64,000 nucleotides of DNA from Myxococcota bacterium (GTDB lineage Bacteria; Myxococcota_A; UBA796; UBA2385). Made by a program: the position numbers and the translations under genes. Shown one piece after another: positions 41,735 through 51,579 of the stretch. The stretch spans positions 1 to 64,000 of the forward strand of contig JBIJDH010000013.1 in NCBI GenBank assembly GCA_044344255.1. Direction: 5' to 3'. The notes beneath the pieces are model-generated. The model did no database searches, had not been told where the DNA came from, and saw only the letters and a list, made by a program, of their open reading frames with translations. The stretch's first letter is position 1. The number at the start of each line of letters is the position of its first letter.

Positions 41735-43577
41735 GCTCTCTCAACGCATCTGGACCGGGCGCTCGATCGAGGGGCGGCCCGCGCGGGCCTACCGCCTGAT
41801 CGAAGGGGAGGGGACGCGCCAGGGCCGCGCCACCCTCGTGCTCCCCGTTCGCGCCGAGGGCCCAGCCCTCGAGCCCGGCGCCCCCGCCGAGGGGGTCAAG
41901 CTGGCGCTCAAGGTTTTCCGCGGCGGAGATCCGCTCGCCCTGCGCGGCCTCCGCCGAGAGGCGCGGATCCAGGTCGGCCTCAGCCGTGACCTCGCGGAGC
42001 CGCCGTGTCCGAGGGTCTACGACCGGGTCGGCACCGACGAGGCCCCGGGGCTCGCGGTCGAGTGGTGTGGCTCCAACCTCGAGCGCTGGTGGGTGAACCA
42101 GTGCCGCGAGCCCGACGCGATCGCCGCCCTGCTGCACGCGCTGGCCGAGATCGCCGGGCGGCTGATCGAGTACCGCGGCTGGCTGGTCGGACACGAGCAG
42201 GAGGGGGCTCCACCCCCCGACCTCCGGCCGAGCGCGCTGCTGCGAGGAGGGGACGGGCGCTGGCTGCTGGCTCGCTTTCGCGCCTTCGAGCCGGCCGCCC
42301 CGATCGAGGAGGGCACGAGCCGCACCGAGGTGCTGCCGCCCGCAGACCACTTCATTGCCCCGGAGGTCCTCTTCCAGGTGCGGCTCCGCCATCCGACCGC
42401 GCGGGACACCTGGTCGATCGGCGCCGCCCTCCTGAGCCTCCTGAAGCTACGCGCCGTGCTGATCTCCGGCGCCACCTTCCCGGCCGGGGGCACGAACGGC
42501 CTCGCCTTTCGCAGCCATCGCGCGCTCCTGGTGAGCGACCTCCACCACCGGAAGCCCAACCTCTTCGCGGGGCGCGACCTCGATCCGCGGCAGTTCCTGT
42601 ACCCCGACCGCCTGCCCGACCCGGACCGCCGCGTCGTACAGGACAGCCTCAGCGGCGCCTTCGGAGAGCCGCAAGCGGCCCTGGAGGGGCAGCTCGGCAA
42701 GGAGGTCTGCGCCTTGCTCGACCGAGCGCTCGCCGTCGATCCGGGCTGGCGCTATCAGGAGCCCGCCGAGCTCCAGCGCGACCTCGAGCGGCTCGCCCGG
42801 CGTTTTCACGAGCTGAAAGGCGAACTCCTGGCCACTCGACGCCCGTCGCCACCGCTCGACAGCAACGCCACCGCGCTGCTCAGCCCCGATGGCCTCCAGG
42901 CCGCCCTCCTCCAGAAGGCGGAGCTGGACAGCGCTCGCGACGACCTGGGCCGGGCGCTCGAGCGCATCGCCGCCCTTGAGGCCCGGGTGGCCCGCCTCGG
43001 CGATCGGCCGGCCCCCGCGGCGCCCCCCGCCGCCCGGCCCGTCCGCGCACCGGCCTGGGTGCCGCTCGCCCTCGGCGGGGTCCTATTGCTCGGCCTCTTC
43101 AACCTCACGGGCCTCACCGTGCTGCTGCTCACCCGAGGCTCGGACGCCCCCCAGGCCCGGCCCTCGCCGGTCGACTCGGAGCCGCGAGGTGCGGTCCCTG
43201 AAGGCGGAGGCGCCGAGCCGGCGGCCGCGCAGGCGCCGATCACACCGCCCCCGTCCGCGAAGCCGACGGGGTCCACGGAGCGCTCCGCCCCCAAAGCCTC
43301 CGCGGGCGCGACGGACAATGCCCGCCCGACGTCGGCCCGCGCCCCCAGCGCCCCGTCCGCCCCCGCGGGCAGCGCCGCCTTCGAGGTCGTCGGGGGCAGC
43401 GGCTACCTGCTCGCAGGCGGCAAGCGGATCGGCCCGGGCGCGGTGCCCCCCGGCACCTACGAGGTCTTCGCCCAGGTGGGAGAGGCCGCCCCGAGCGCGC
43501 TCGGCACGGTCACGCTGACCGAGGGCGGGCGGCTCCGCGTCCGCTGCGGCTTCGGCCAGTGCCGCATCGAGGGGTGA
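41718..43577 (+). CDS. Membrane Ser/Thr kinase-like protein, probably a pseudokinase
   Basis: LALKVF, DLRPSALL, FIAPE, DTWSIG; DFG absent; coiled coil, TM, Pro-rich linker, PEGA-like C-terminus. Confidence 0.75.
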   Translation: MAATSELSQRIWTGRSIEGRPARAYRLIEGEGTRQGRATLVLPVRAEGPALEPGAPAEGVKLALKVFRGGDPLALRGLRREARIQVGLSRDLAEPPCPRVYDRVGTDEAPGLAVEWCGSNLERWWVNQCREPDAIAALLHALAEIAGRLIEYRGWLVGHEQEGAPPPDLRPSALLRGGDGRWLLARFRAFEPAAPIEEGTSRTEVLPPADHFIAPEVLFQVRLRHPTARDTWSIGAALLSLLKLRAVLISGATFPAGGTNGLAFRSHRALLVSDLHHRKPNLFAGRDLDPRQFLYPDRLPDPDRRVVQDSLSGAFGEPQAALEGQLGKEVCALLDRALAVDPGWRYQEPAELQRDLERLARRFHELKGELLATRRPSPPLDSNATALLSPDGLQAALLQKAELDSARDDLGRALERIAALEARVARLGDRPAPAAPPAARPVRAPAWVPLALGGVLLLGLFNLTGLTVLLLTRGSDAPQARPSPVDSEPRGAVPEGGGAEPAAAQAPITPPPSAKPTGSTERSAPKASAGATDNARPTSARAPSAPSAPAGSAAFEVVGGSGYLLAGGKRIGPGAVPPGTYEVFAQVGEAAPSALGTVTLTEGGRLRVRCGFGQCRIEG

Positions 43578-43606
43578 CAGGCCTCCCCGCCCACCCGAGC
43601 GCCGGT

Positions 43607-43653
43607 CGAATCAAGGCCCGCCCGACTCAAGCCGCTCCGACTCAGGCCCGACC
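43607..43653. repeat. Three imperfect 15-16 bp direct repeats at the PduO stop codon
   Basis: cgaatcaaggcccgcc / cgactcaagccgctc / cgactcaggcccgac. Confidence 0.6.
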
Positions 43654-44232
43654 GGGGCGGTCCCACATATACTCGGCCTCGCCGAGGGCCTTCGCGGCCC
43701 AGCGCCCGCCGACGAAGAGCCAGTCCGACAGCCGGTTCAAGTAGCGCATCGCGCCATCGCCCACGTCGGCCTCGGCGTCCATCAGCCCGAGCACATCCCG
43801 CTCGGCGCGCCGACAGACCGTGCGGGCCTGATGGAAGAAGGCCCCCACCGGCCCGCCGCCCGGCAGGATGAACTCTCGCAGCGGCTCGAGGTCATCGTTG
43901 AGCTCGTCGATCCAGCCCTCGAGCCGGGTGACGTCCTCATCACCCACCCGGTACATCCCCTCCCAGCGCGCGTCGGCCGGGGTGGCGAGATCGGAGCCCA
44001 CGTTGAAGAGGTCGTTCTGGATCCGCCGGAGCATATGATCGAGGCGGGACACCACCGATGGCTCGGCTCCCGATCGGGTGTTCCAGGTGCGGACGAGGCC
44101 GATGATGGCGTTGAGCTCGTCGACCGTGCCGTAGCCCTGGATGCGGACGTGGTCCTTTCGGACCCGCTCCCCGCCGACCAGCCCCGTCATCCCCTTGTCG
44201 CCCGTCCGTGTATAGACCTTCGTGATCCGCAT
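43642..44232 (-). CDS. PduO-type cob(I)alamin adenosyltransferase
   Basis: KVYTRTGDKG.T, YGTVDELN, FILPGG, ARTVCRRAER, YLNRLSD. Confidence 0.95.
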   Translation of the reverse strand: MRITKVYTRTGDKGMTGLVGGERVRKDHVRIQGYGTVDELNAIIGLVRTWNTRSGAEPSVVSRLDHMLRRIQNDLFNVGSDLATPADARWEGMYRVGDEDVTRLEGWIDELNDDLEPLREFILPGGGPVGAFFHQARTVCRRAERDVLGLMDAEADVGDGAMRYLNRLSDWLFVGGRWAAKALGEAEYMWDRPGRA

Positions 44233-44412
44233 GCTGCCCTCGCAGCCCGGGCTGATAACCGAAGGGCGGCGGCGCGCCGCACGCCCCGGCGACGAAGGGC
44301 AGCGCCCGATGGAGCCATGCCCGAAACGCGCGCCCCATGCTAAGGGGGCGCTACCGCATGGCGAGCCCTGCGCTCGCCCACCCATCGGTGCGGCACTTCA
44401 TCGGAGCGACGC

Positions 44413-45198
44413 TTGGAGACGACCCGCAAGAATCGGATCTCGGTCGGGGGCCTCAGGAAGGCTGACCCCACCACCCTGACGGTGCTTACCCAGGACGTGA
44501 TCCGCCGCCCCCTCGGCCAGATCGATCGTCGCACCCTGCTTGATCTCCTGGCCCTCTCCGAGGTCCCGGAACAGCTCCCCGACACCCTCCCCGCTGAGAC
44601 CTCTGCCTTTCGCGAGCAGATGTTTCGCGAGATCGCCGACATCCCGGACGGCCCGCCGCTCGCCGAGTTCGCCATGGAGCTCAAGGCGATCGGCGCGAGC
44701 TTCGCCCCGATCCAGCTCCGCGAGCGCGTGATCGCGCTCACGGACGATCGGCGCCACGGTGACGCCGTGACCGCCCTGCGCGAGCTCATCGAGCACTGGG
44801 CCGGCGAGCCGGCAGAGGTCGTGGCCCTCCCCAAGAAGGAGACCACCACCTCCAAGCGGCGCGTCGTCGCCACCCCGGCGGCCCCCTCGGCGCCCTCGCC
44901 CAACAGCCGCCACCAGATCCTGGAGCCCATCACGGCCCCGGTGAAGGAGAAGAAGGCCGCCGCCACCCCCGCCGCCCAGGTCGATCCCCGGCGCGAAGAG
45001 TGGGTCCGCGAGGACGTGGTCTCTCGGCTCGTTCAGTACGGCGCCAAGGGCCTGAAGGAGCCCGTCGTCGTCGCCGGCGCGCGCCACCGCTCGCCCTGGA
45101 AGGACATGAGCGAGGAAGAGGTCATCAAGTACCTCAACAAGATGAAGCGGGACGGTAAGATCCGCACCTCGGCCGGGCGCTGGATGATCGGGGGCTGA
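44413..45198 (+). CDS. Hypothetical protein, possible C-terminal winged helix
   Basis: Helical N-domain, Pro/Lys linker, EEEVIKYLNKMKRDGKI...GRW; TTG start. Confidence 0.65.
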   Translation: METTRKNRISVGGLRKADPTTLTVLTQDVIRRPLGQIDRRTLLDLLALSEVPEQLPDTLPAETSAFREQMFREIADIPDGPPLAEFAMELKAIGASFAPIQLRERVIALTDDRRHGDAVTALRELIEHWAGEPAEVVALPKKETTTSKRRVVATPAAPSAPSPNSRHQILEPITAPVKEKKAAATPAAQVDPRREEWVREDVVSRLVQYGAKGLKEPVVVAGARHRSPWKDMSEEEVIKYLNKMKRDGKIRTSAGRWMIGG

Positions 45199-45304
45199 TC
45201 GCCAGGGGGCGGCACCCGCTCGCCCCCTCCTGCGTCCGTCGCGGGATTGTCACCTCCTCTCCTCCGGAGCCGGCTAAACGTGCCGACCCGCAGGAGATCC
45301 AGGA

Positions 45305-46711
45305 ATGACGCCCCGACGCCTCCCCACCGTGCTCGTCCCCTCGCTCATGCTGGCCCTCACCGGCTGCGGGGCCGAGTTCACGCCCAAAGACACCGCGGAG
45401 GAGTCCGACGCGGACACGGACGCCGACAGCGACGCCGATACAGACGCGGACTCCGACGCCGACAGCGACGCCGATACAGACGCCGACAGCGACGCCGATT
45501 CGGACGCGGACTCCGACGCCGATTCGGACGCCGACAGCGACGCCGACGCGGACGCCGACGTCACCCTCTACGACATCCAGAACGGCGTCTACCCCGCGGG
45601 CACGGTGCTCACGGTGCCCGGCGTCGTGGTGAGCAGCCCGGACTCCTACGCGGGCTTCTTCGTCGCCGATCCGGCCGGTGGGGCCTACAACGGGGCCTGG
45701 GTCTACCACGACCCTGCCGTCTTCACGGAGGCGGTCGTGGCGCAGGGCGACGCGGTCGACATCACCATCACCCTCGCCGAGTACGCCTCCGCCGCCCCCG
45801 CCGACAGCACGCTCACCGAGCTCGTGCTGGGCGCGGTCACCGACGTCAGCGTCACCGGCGTCGGCACGATCCCCGCGGCCACCGTGCTCACCCTCGCCGA
45901 GCTCGCCGATCCGAGCACGGCCGAGGCCTACGAGGGCACGCTGGTCACCGTCGAAGACGTCACCGTCACCGAGGACGACCTCGGCTACGGCGAGTGGGAG
46001 CTCGGCGGCAGCCTCCCCGTCGACGACCTGTTCATCGACATGAGCGTCATCGAGGGTGACACCTTTGACTCCGTCACCGGGCTGCTCACCTATGGCTTCG
46101 GCCTCTGGAAGCTCGAGCCCCGCGACGCCTCAGACTTCCAGGGCTACACCCCCGCCGAGCTCACCTGCGCCGCCGCCCTCTGCGCCCCCGACCTCGCGGC
46201 CGGCGACCTCGTGATCACCGAGATCCTCTCGAACCCCGACAACGCCTCGACCTGCGCCGACCCGAACGGCGAGTACTTCGAGATCTACAACCCGAACGCG
46301 CAGTCGGTCGACCTCATCGGCCTCGAGCTGGTCGACAACAGCGACACCGTCAAGGTGACCGCCTCGGTGGTCATCCCGGCGATGGGCTACGCTTGGCTCT
46401 CCCGCGATCCGGGCACCGCCACCGCCTGCTACGGGGCGCACGGCACGCCGGACTACGTCTACGGCACGATCCAGCTCGCCAATTCGAGCGACTCCATCGC
46501 CGTCCAGTACACCAACAGCGGGACCGGCACCGTCACCCTCATCGACGAGGTCGCGTTCACCAGCATCGGCAGCGGCAAGGCCGACGGCCTGCGCGCCGCC
46601 TACCTCAACGCCGCCGACAACGATGACCCGGCCAACTGGTGCAGCCAGACCTCGACGCTCAGCGGCACCGTCGACCTCGGCACCCCTGGCGCGGCGAACG
46701 ACGGCTGCTGA
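45305..46711 (+). CDS. Lipoprotein: Asp-rich linker + OB-fold-like domains + lamin-tail domain
   Basis: LTGC lipobox; [24 protein letters not shown] (extracellular-nuclease-associated OB folds); [16 protein letters not shown]...GTPGAAN (LTD). Confidence 0.85.
   Translation: MTPRRLPTVLVPSLMLALTGCGAEFTPKDTAEESDADTDADSDADTDADSDADSDADTDADSDADSDADSDADSDADSDADADADVTLYDIQNGVYPAGTVLTVPGVVVSSPDSYAGFFVADPAGGAYNGAWVYHDPAVFTEAVVAQGDAVDITITLAEYASAAPADSTLTELVLGAVTDVSVTGVGTIPAATVLTLAELADPSTAEAYEGTLVTVEDVTVTEDDLGYGEWELGGSLPVDDLFIDMSVIEGDTFDSVTGLLTYGFGLWKLEPRDASDFQGYTPAELTCAAALCAPDLAAGDLVITEILSNPDNASTCADPNGEYFEIYNPNAQSVDLIGLELVDNSDTVKVTASVVIPAMGYAWLSRDPGTATACYGAHGTPDYVYGTIQLANSSDSIAVQYTNSGTGTVTLIDEVAFTSIGSGKADGLRAAYLNAADNDDPANWCSQTSTLSGTVDLGTPGAANDGC
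45403..45560 (+). repeat. Low-complexity repeat encoding (D-A-D-S/T)n
   Basis: Read directly. Confidence 0.9.
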
Positions 46712-46726
46712 GCCGCGCCCGGCCGC

Positions 46727-46957
46727 TCAGGGCGTGTTGCAGACGAGGCGGTCGACGGCGTGCACAGGGGCGGCGTCACCGGCCATCAAGGGCGTGATGG
46801 CCGAGTAGACCATCCGCTGCTTCTCGAGGATGCGCTTGCCGGCGAAGGCCGCCGAGACGACCTCGATCTCGAAGTGTCCGCCACCGCCGCTCACCTGGGC
46901 GACGGCGCCGGGGATGGCCGCCTCGATGGCCGCCTTGACCTGGTCGTGGATCGACAT
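46727..46957 (-). CDS. bolA: BolA/IbaG family protein
   Basis: GHFEIEVVS.AF.GK..LEKQRMVY...VHA. Confidence 0.9.
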   Translation of the reverse strand: MSIHDQVKAAIEAAIPGAVAQVSGGGGHFEIEVVSAAFAGKRILEKQRMVYSAITPLMAGDAAPVHAVDRLVCNTP

Positions 46958-46959
46958 GT

Positions 46960-48783
46960 TCAGCTCTCCAGTAGGGTTCGCGCGGAGCTAACCCGCTCGC
47001 CGCCGCTGTCCCGAGCCGGGCGGGCCTGCTCGACGAGCCAGAGCTCCGCCGGGACCCCCGCCGTGAGCAGGCGGTCAAACCAGACCCGCTGGTCATCGCG
47101 GAGGCTGTCGCCGGGGCCCTTGATCTCGGCCAGCAGCAGCGTCTCGGGGACCGGCCGGTCACCGCCCGGCAGGTGGAGGGCGGGGCCGGGGAGGAGGCAG
47201 AGGTCGGGCATCCCGCGGCGGGCGCTGCGGAGGTCCTCCACCAGCGGGCGCAGCAGCGCCTCGAGCGCCGGGCCGCCGATCTGCGCGACCACGACCGCGA
47301 GGCCCTCGCCGGGCTCGTCGCCGAAGAGGTCCCACCGCACACCCTGGATCGCCTCGCCGGCGTGGCGGCGGGCCACGCTCCGGAGGCGCTCGGGGCCGCC
47401 GCCCTCGCGGAGCTCGGTGAGGATCAGCTCGATCTGCCCCCGGCGCTGGGCGTAGAACAGGGGCGTGCCGTAGTCGAGGGGGGCGTGGAGGAGGGCGGTC
47501 GGCAACATCCCGCTCACCGGCGCGAAGAGGGCCTCCCGGAACAGCAGGCCGACGAGGCTGTGCCAGAGCTCGTTCTCCGCGTGGACGGCGCGACGCCCGG
47601 CCGCCGCGAGCCGCGCCACCACCGCCGCCTCCACCGGCGCGACGCCGCCCCCGGTCGCCCAGCCTGGCCGGTGGCCGAGGGAGGAGGCCGCCTCGAGGGT
47701 GACGCGGCGCTCGGGGGGCGCGCGGAGGGCGGGGAGGGGGGTCCAGGAGAGGCTGGCGGCGCGGGCGAGGCGGCGACCGGTGCGGTCCGCCGCGGCGCGC
47801 AGGCCGGGCCCCGCCGCAGCGCGGGCGACGAGGCAGCGGGCCACCCCCGCCGCCGGATCGCCACGGTGCCCCTCCACCATCGCCAAGCGCCAGCCGGCCT
47901 CGGCGGCGTAGCGGCTCCCCGCCTCGATCAGGCCCGCGTAGAGGAGGGCGGCGGCGGGCCAGTCCTTCTCCCGCTCGCGTTGGGCGGCGGCGGCGAGAAG
48001 CAGCTCCTCGTCGAAGCGGCGGCCCGAGAAGCGGGCCCGGAAGGCCGGCGGCGGCGGGCTGACCCGCACCCGGTCGAGGGCGGCGGGGACCTCGGCCAGC
48101 AGGGCTTCGCCCTCGAGCGACCACCGTCGCGCCAGCCCGCCCTCATACGCGAGCAGCTCCCTTCGGTCGGGGAAGAGGCCCGCGCCGCCTGTGGGCTCAT
48201 AGACGGGGTACCGAACGAATTCCAGTCGGGCGACGACCAGCTTGGACAGATCCCCCTGGTGGTCGTGGAGGTAGAGGCGGGTCACCCGCCGAAAGAGGCC
48301 CCGGTGGCCGATCAGCAGCGAGGGCTCGGCGAAGGCTGCGCGGGCGGGCTCGTCCTGGAGCCGGGCCTCGAGGTCGGCGCGCTTGCCCCCGGTCGGCCGC
48401 CCGAGGGCGCGGCAGGCCACCTTGAGCTCATCCGCCCGGTAAGCGGCGAGGAGCAGGCGGAGCGGCGCCATCCGGTGGGCCGCCCAAGCGAAGCCCTCGA
48501 CCAGCAGCCGATCGGCGGCGACCGGGAGCTCGGGCACCTCGGCATACGCGAGCTCCGAGACCCGGAAGACCCTCGGCACCCGCCCGAAGAGCCGGGCGTA
48601 CACGCTCGCCGGCTGCTCGGGCAGGGCGAGGAAGGCGCGCAGGACCACCAGCTCCCCGGCGGAGAAGAGGTGGCCGTCGCGCTCGAGCACGACCCCCACC
48701 GCCCGCGCGAGGTCTTGCCGGGACCAGTCGAGGGTGGGGGGCAGGGCCGGAGGGGCGCCGCCCGCTGCTGCCGCCTCGCTCAT
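46960..48783 (-). CDS. FAN1-like VRR-NUC nuclease (winged helix, SAP, TPR, PD-(D/E)xK)
   Basis: VYARLF.R, ELK..CR.LG...GG.R.DL SAP-like motif, HAEN, GMPDL...[16 protein letters not shown]. Confidence 0.9.
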   Translation of the reverse strand: MSEAAAAGGAPPALPPTLDWSRQDLARAVGVVLERDGHLFSAGELVVLRAFLALPEQPASVYARLFGRVPRVFRVSELAYAEVPELPVAADRLLVEGFAWAAHRMAPLRLLLAAYRADELKVACRALGRPTGGKRADLEARLQDEPARAAFAEPSLLIGHRGLFRRVTRLYLHDHQGDLSKLVVARLEFVRYPVYEPTGGAGLFPDRRELLAYEGGLARRWSLEGEALLAEVPAALDRVRVSPPPPAFRARFSGRRFDEELLLAAAAQREREKDWPAAALLYAGLIEAGSRYAAEAGWRLAMVEGHRGDPAAGVARCLVARAAAGPGLRAAADRTGRRLARAASLSWTPLPALRAPPERRVTLEAASSLGHRPGWATGGGVAPVEAAVVARLAAAGRRAVHAENELWHSLVGLLFREALFAPVSGMLPTALLHAPLDYGTPLFYAQRRGQIELILTELREGGGPERLRSVARRHAGEAIQGVRWDLFGDEPGEGLAVVVAQIGGPALEALLRPLVEDLRSARRGMPDLCLLPGPALHLPGGDRPVPETLLLAEIKGPGDSLRDDQRVWFDRLLTAGVPAELWLVEQARPARDSGGERVSSARTLLES

Positions 48784-50423
48784 CCGCCGAGCAGGATCCA
48801 GCCGAGCCCGACGTCGAGTCCTCGGCTGTCCAGGGCGGCGGGCGCCGCGAGGAAGAGGTCGGAGAGGCCGTCGGCGTCGATGTCGCCGAGGCCGGAGACC
48901 GCAGCGCCGAGGCCCGAGCCCGCCGCGGGCCCGATCCAGGCCTGGGCCGAGAGATCGAGGGTGATCGCGGTGACCGGCGGCAGCGAGACGATGTAGACGA
49001 GGCCCCGCTCGGAGGCATCCCCGCCCCTGCCGGGCCCCGGGGCGCCGACGGCGATCTCGGAGGCGCCGTCCCCGTCCATGTCGCCGGGGAGGGCGATCGA
49101 GGCGCCCGCCTCGTCGGCCTCGTAGACCCCGATCAGGCTCCCATAGGCGTCGCCGAGCTCCGCGACCTCGAGGGTCGGGCCGCTGAAGAGGAAGACCCGA
49201 TCGATCTCCCCCTCGATCCGATAGGGAGCGGTCACCGCCCAGTCCGCGTAGCCGTCGCCGGTGAAGTCCTCCCCGCCGGCCAGCGCGGCGCCGAGGCCCG
49301 ACCCCACCTCGCCGAGGACGCGCCCGTCGGCGTCCTCGGCGGAGCGGTCAGCGCTGAAGGGGCCGGCGAAGAGCGTGACCTCGCCCGCGCCCTCTCCGCC
49401 CGTCGCGCCGTCCGGGGCGCCCACCAGCACCTCGTCGAGGCCGTCTCCGTCCAGATCTCCCGCCGACGCCACCACCCGGCCGAAACCATCGCCGGCGACG
49501 AGGCCGCTCAGCACGAAGCCGAGGTCCCCGAGGGACTGGAGCCCCGCCGGGACCGGCGAGGAGAGGAGGTGGACCTTCCCGCGGACGCTGTCGCCCTCCG
49601 CCCTCGGAGCGCCGACGATGAGGTCGACGAGGCCGTCCCCGTCGAGCTCGGCGGCGTCGAGGGCCGCGCCGGCCCAATCCCCACCCGAGGAGCCGAGCAG
49701 CCGGCCCGTGTCCCCGGCGCCGAGCGACGTCTCGGTGACAAAGGAGCCCTCGATCAGGGCCACCGCCCCCGAGGCCGCGCCGATGGTGCTGTCTCCGGGG
49801 CAGCCCACCGCCACCTCGAGGAGGCCGTCCCCGTCGGTGTCTCCGAGGGAGGCGAGGGTGGCCCCACAGGCGTCGCCGGCCGCCGGCCCGAGGAGGGTGC
49901 CCGCCGCGCTCGACCAGGTCGCCTCCGCTGCGGGGGCGCCGCTCCAGCGGGCCACAGCGCCGGCGCCCTCTCCCACCCCGTCACGACCGGGCGCGCCGAC
50001 GAGGAGGTCGATCTGACCGTCCCCGTCGAGGTCTCCGACGGCCACGGCCGCGCTCCCGAAGGCGTCTCCGGACGCATCACCGACGAGCGCGCCCGGGAGG
50101 TCGGTGACCGCGGCGTAGCCCGTGTCGGCCCCGTCGGTCCCATCGGTCCCATCGGTCCCATCGGTCCCATCGGTCCCATCGGTCCCATCGGCCCCATCGG
50201 TCCCATCGGTCCCATCGGTCCCATCGGTCCCATCGGCCCCATCGGCCCCATCGGCCCCATCGGCCCCATCGGCCCCATCGGCCCCATCGGCCCCATCGGT
50301 CCCATCCGCGTCGCCGGGATCGGCCTTGTCGCCGCCGCAGGCCACCAGCGCGCAGAGCGCCAGCGAACACCCCCAAGCCGAAGGGGAGAGGCGGAGGGGC
50401 GGGCGGAGGGACAGCGTTCGCAT
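48780..50423 (-). CDS. FG-GAP (integrin-alpha-like) repeat lipoprotein with collagen-like acidic stalk
   Basis: LVAC lipobox; (G-A/T-D)x20; about seven FG...GDxDGDG..DLxVGAP repeats. Confidence 0.9.
   Translation of the reverse strand: MRTLSLRPPLRLSPSAWGCSLALCALVACGGDKADPGDADGTDGADGADGADGADGADGADGADGTDGTDGTDGTDGADGTDGTDGTDGTDGTDGTDGADTGYAAVTDLPGALVGDASGDAFGSAAVAVGDLDGDGQIDLLVGAPGRDGVGEGAGAVARWSGAPAAEATWSSAAGTLLGPAAGDACGATLASLGDTDGDGLLEVAVGCPGDSTIGAASGAVALIEGSFVTETSLGAGDTGRLLGSSGGDWAGAALDAAELDGDGLVDLIVGAPRAEGDSVRGKVHLLSSPVPAGLQSLGDLGFVLSGLVAGDGFGRVVASAGDLDGDGLDEVLVGAPDGATGGEGAGEVTLFAGPFSADRSAEDADGRVLGEVGSGLGAALAGGEDFTGDGYADWAVTAPYRIEGEIDRVFLFSGPTLEVAELGDAYGSLIGVYEADEAGASIALPGDMDGDGASEIAVGAPGPGRGGDASERGLVYIVSLPPVTAITLDLSAQAWIGPAAGSGLGAAVSGLGDIDADGLSDLFLAAPAALDSRGLDVGLGWILLGG
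50124..50306 (-). repeat. 9-bp tandem repeat (CCCATCGG[T/C]) of about 20 units encoding Gly-Ala/Thr-Asp
   Basis: Read directly. Confidence 0.95.
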
Positions 50424-50522
50424 GCGGGCTCCCGACGGGCGCCGCCCAGGTCGGGAGGGGCGCTGGACGCCTGATTAGCCGGTCGGCGGCGCTCGGGCCG
50501 CGGGAGGGTTAGCCCCGGCGCC

Positions 50523-51524
50523 ATGAACGACGAACCGACCAAAGCCCCCGCTCCCGCTGAGCCCGCGCCCTTTCGCTCCGGCTCCGTCGCCCTCGTGGGC
50601 CGACCGAACGCGGGCAAGAGCACGCTGCTCAATCACATCCTCGGCCAGAAGCTGTCCATCGTGTCGCCGAAGCCCCAGACCACGCGCAACCGCGTGGTGG
50701 GCATCCACACCGACGAGGCCTGCCAGCTCGTGCTGGTCGACACCCCGGGGCTGCACGACGCAAAGAACCGCATGAACCGCTCGATGGTGGAGGTGGCCCG
50801 CGGCTCCCTCTCCGGGGTCGACGCGGTGTGCTGGGTGGTAGACGGCGAGAAGTGTGTCGAGCGTGTCGAGGGCGGCCAGCCCGTCTCCCACAAGGGCCAC
50901 CAGGTCATCGCGGCGATGATCGCCGAGTCTGGCGCCGGGGTCGAAGGCGGCCCCAAGGTCATCATCGCGCTGAACAAGGTCGACAAGGTGGCCAAGCTCT
51001 GGCTCTTGCCGGTCATCGCCGAGCTCGCGGCGCTGATCCCGGGGGCCCAGGTGGTGCCCATCTCTGCGCGGAAGGGGAGCGGGGTCGACCACCTCGTCCG
51101 CACCCTCGCCGCCTTGATGCCCGCTCGGCCGCCGCTGCACGCCCCCGACCAGCTCACGCTCTCGCCCGAGCGCTTCATCGTCTCCGAGCTCATCCGCGAG
51201 AAGATCTTCCTCCTCACCCATCAGGAGGTGCCCTACTCCACGGCCGTCGAGGTCGAGAAGTTCGAGGAGGAGGCGCCCGCCGGCGGGCACGAGCGCGGCC
51301 GGGTCGTCATCTACGCGCGCATCCTCGTCGAGCGAGACGGCCAGAAGGGCGTCCTCATCGGCAAGGGCGGCACGATGTTGAAGGAGATCGGCACCCGGGC
51401 CCGCCAGGACATCCAGGCGCTGCTCGGAACGCGAGTGCACCTCGAGCTGCACGTCGCGGTCGAGGAGGGCTGGTCGGAGAGCGCCCGGATGCTCCGTGAA
51501 CAGGGTATTGAAGGGGGGAATTGA
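50523..51524 (+). CDS. era: GTPase Era
   Basis: [39 protein letters not shown]. Confidence 0.97.
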   Translation: MNDEPTKAPAPAEPAPFRSGSVALVGRPNAGKSTLLNHILGQKLSIVSPKPQTTRNRVVGIHTDEACQLVLVDTPGLHDAKNRMNRSMVEVARGSLSGVDAVCWVVDGEKCVERVEGGQPVSHKGHQVIAAMIAESGAGVEGGPKVIIALNKVDKVAKLWLLPVIAELAALIPGAQVVPISARKGSGVDHLVRTLAALMPARPPLHAPDQLTLSPERFIVSELIREKIFLLTHQEVPYSTAVEVEKFEEEAPAGGHERGRVVIYARILVERDGQKGVLIGKGGTMLKEIGTRARQDIQALLGTRVHLELHVAVEEGWSESARMLREQGIEGGN

Positions 51525-51579
51525 CATGGGGGAGTATTCAAGCCGCGGCGGGCCCGTGCTGATCCGCGCGGCGAACCTG

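Noticed and set aside
49569..50632. ORFs with perfect collagen-like (GPI)n and (GPM)n, and a (RWD/RWG)n ORF
   Set aside because: Alternative frames of the 9-bp repeat inside the FG-GAP lipoprotein; their flanks are not protein-like
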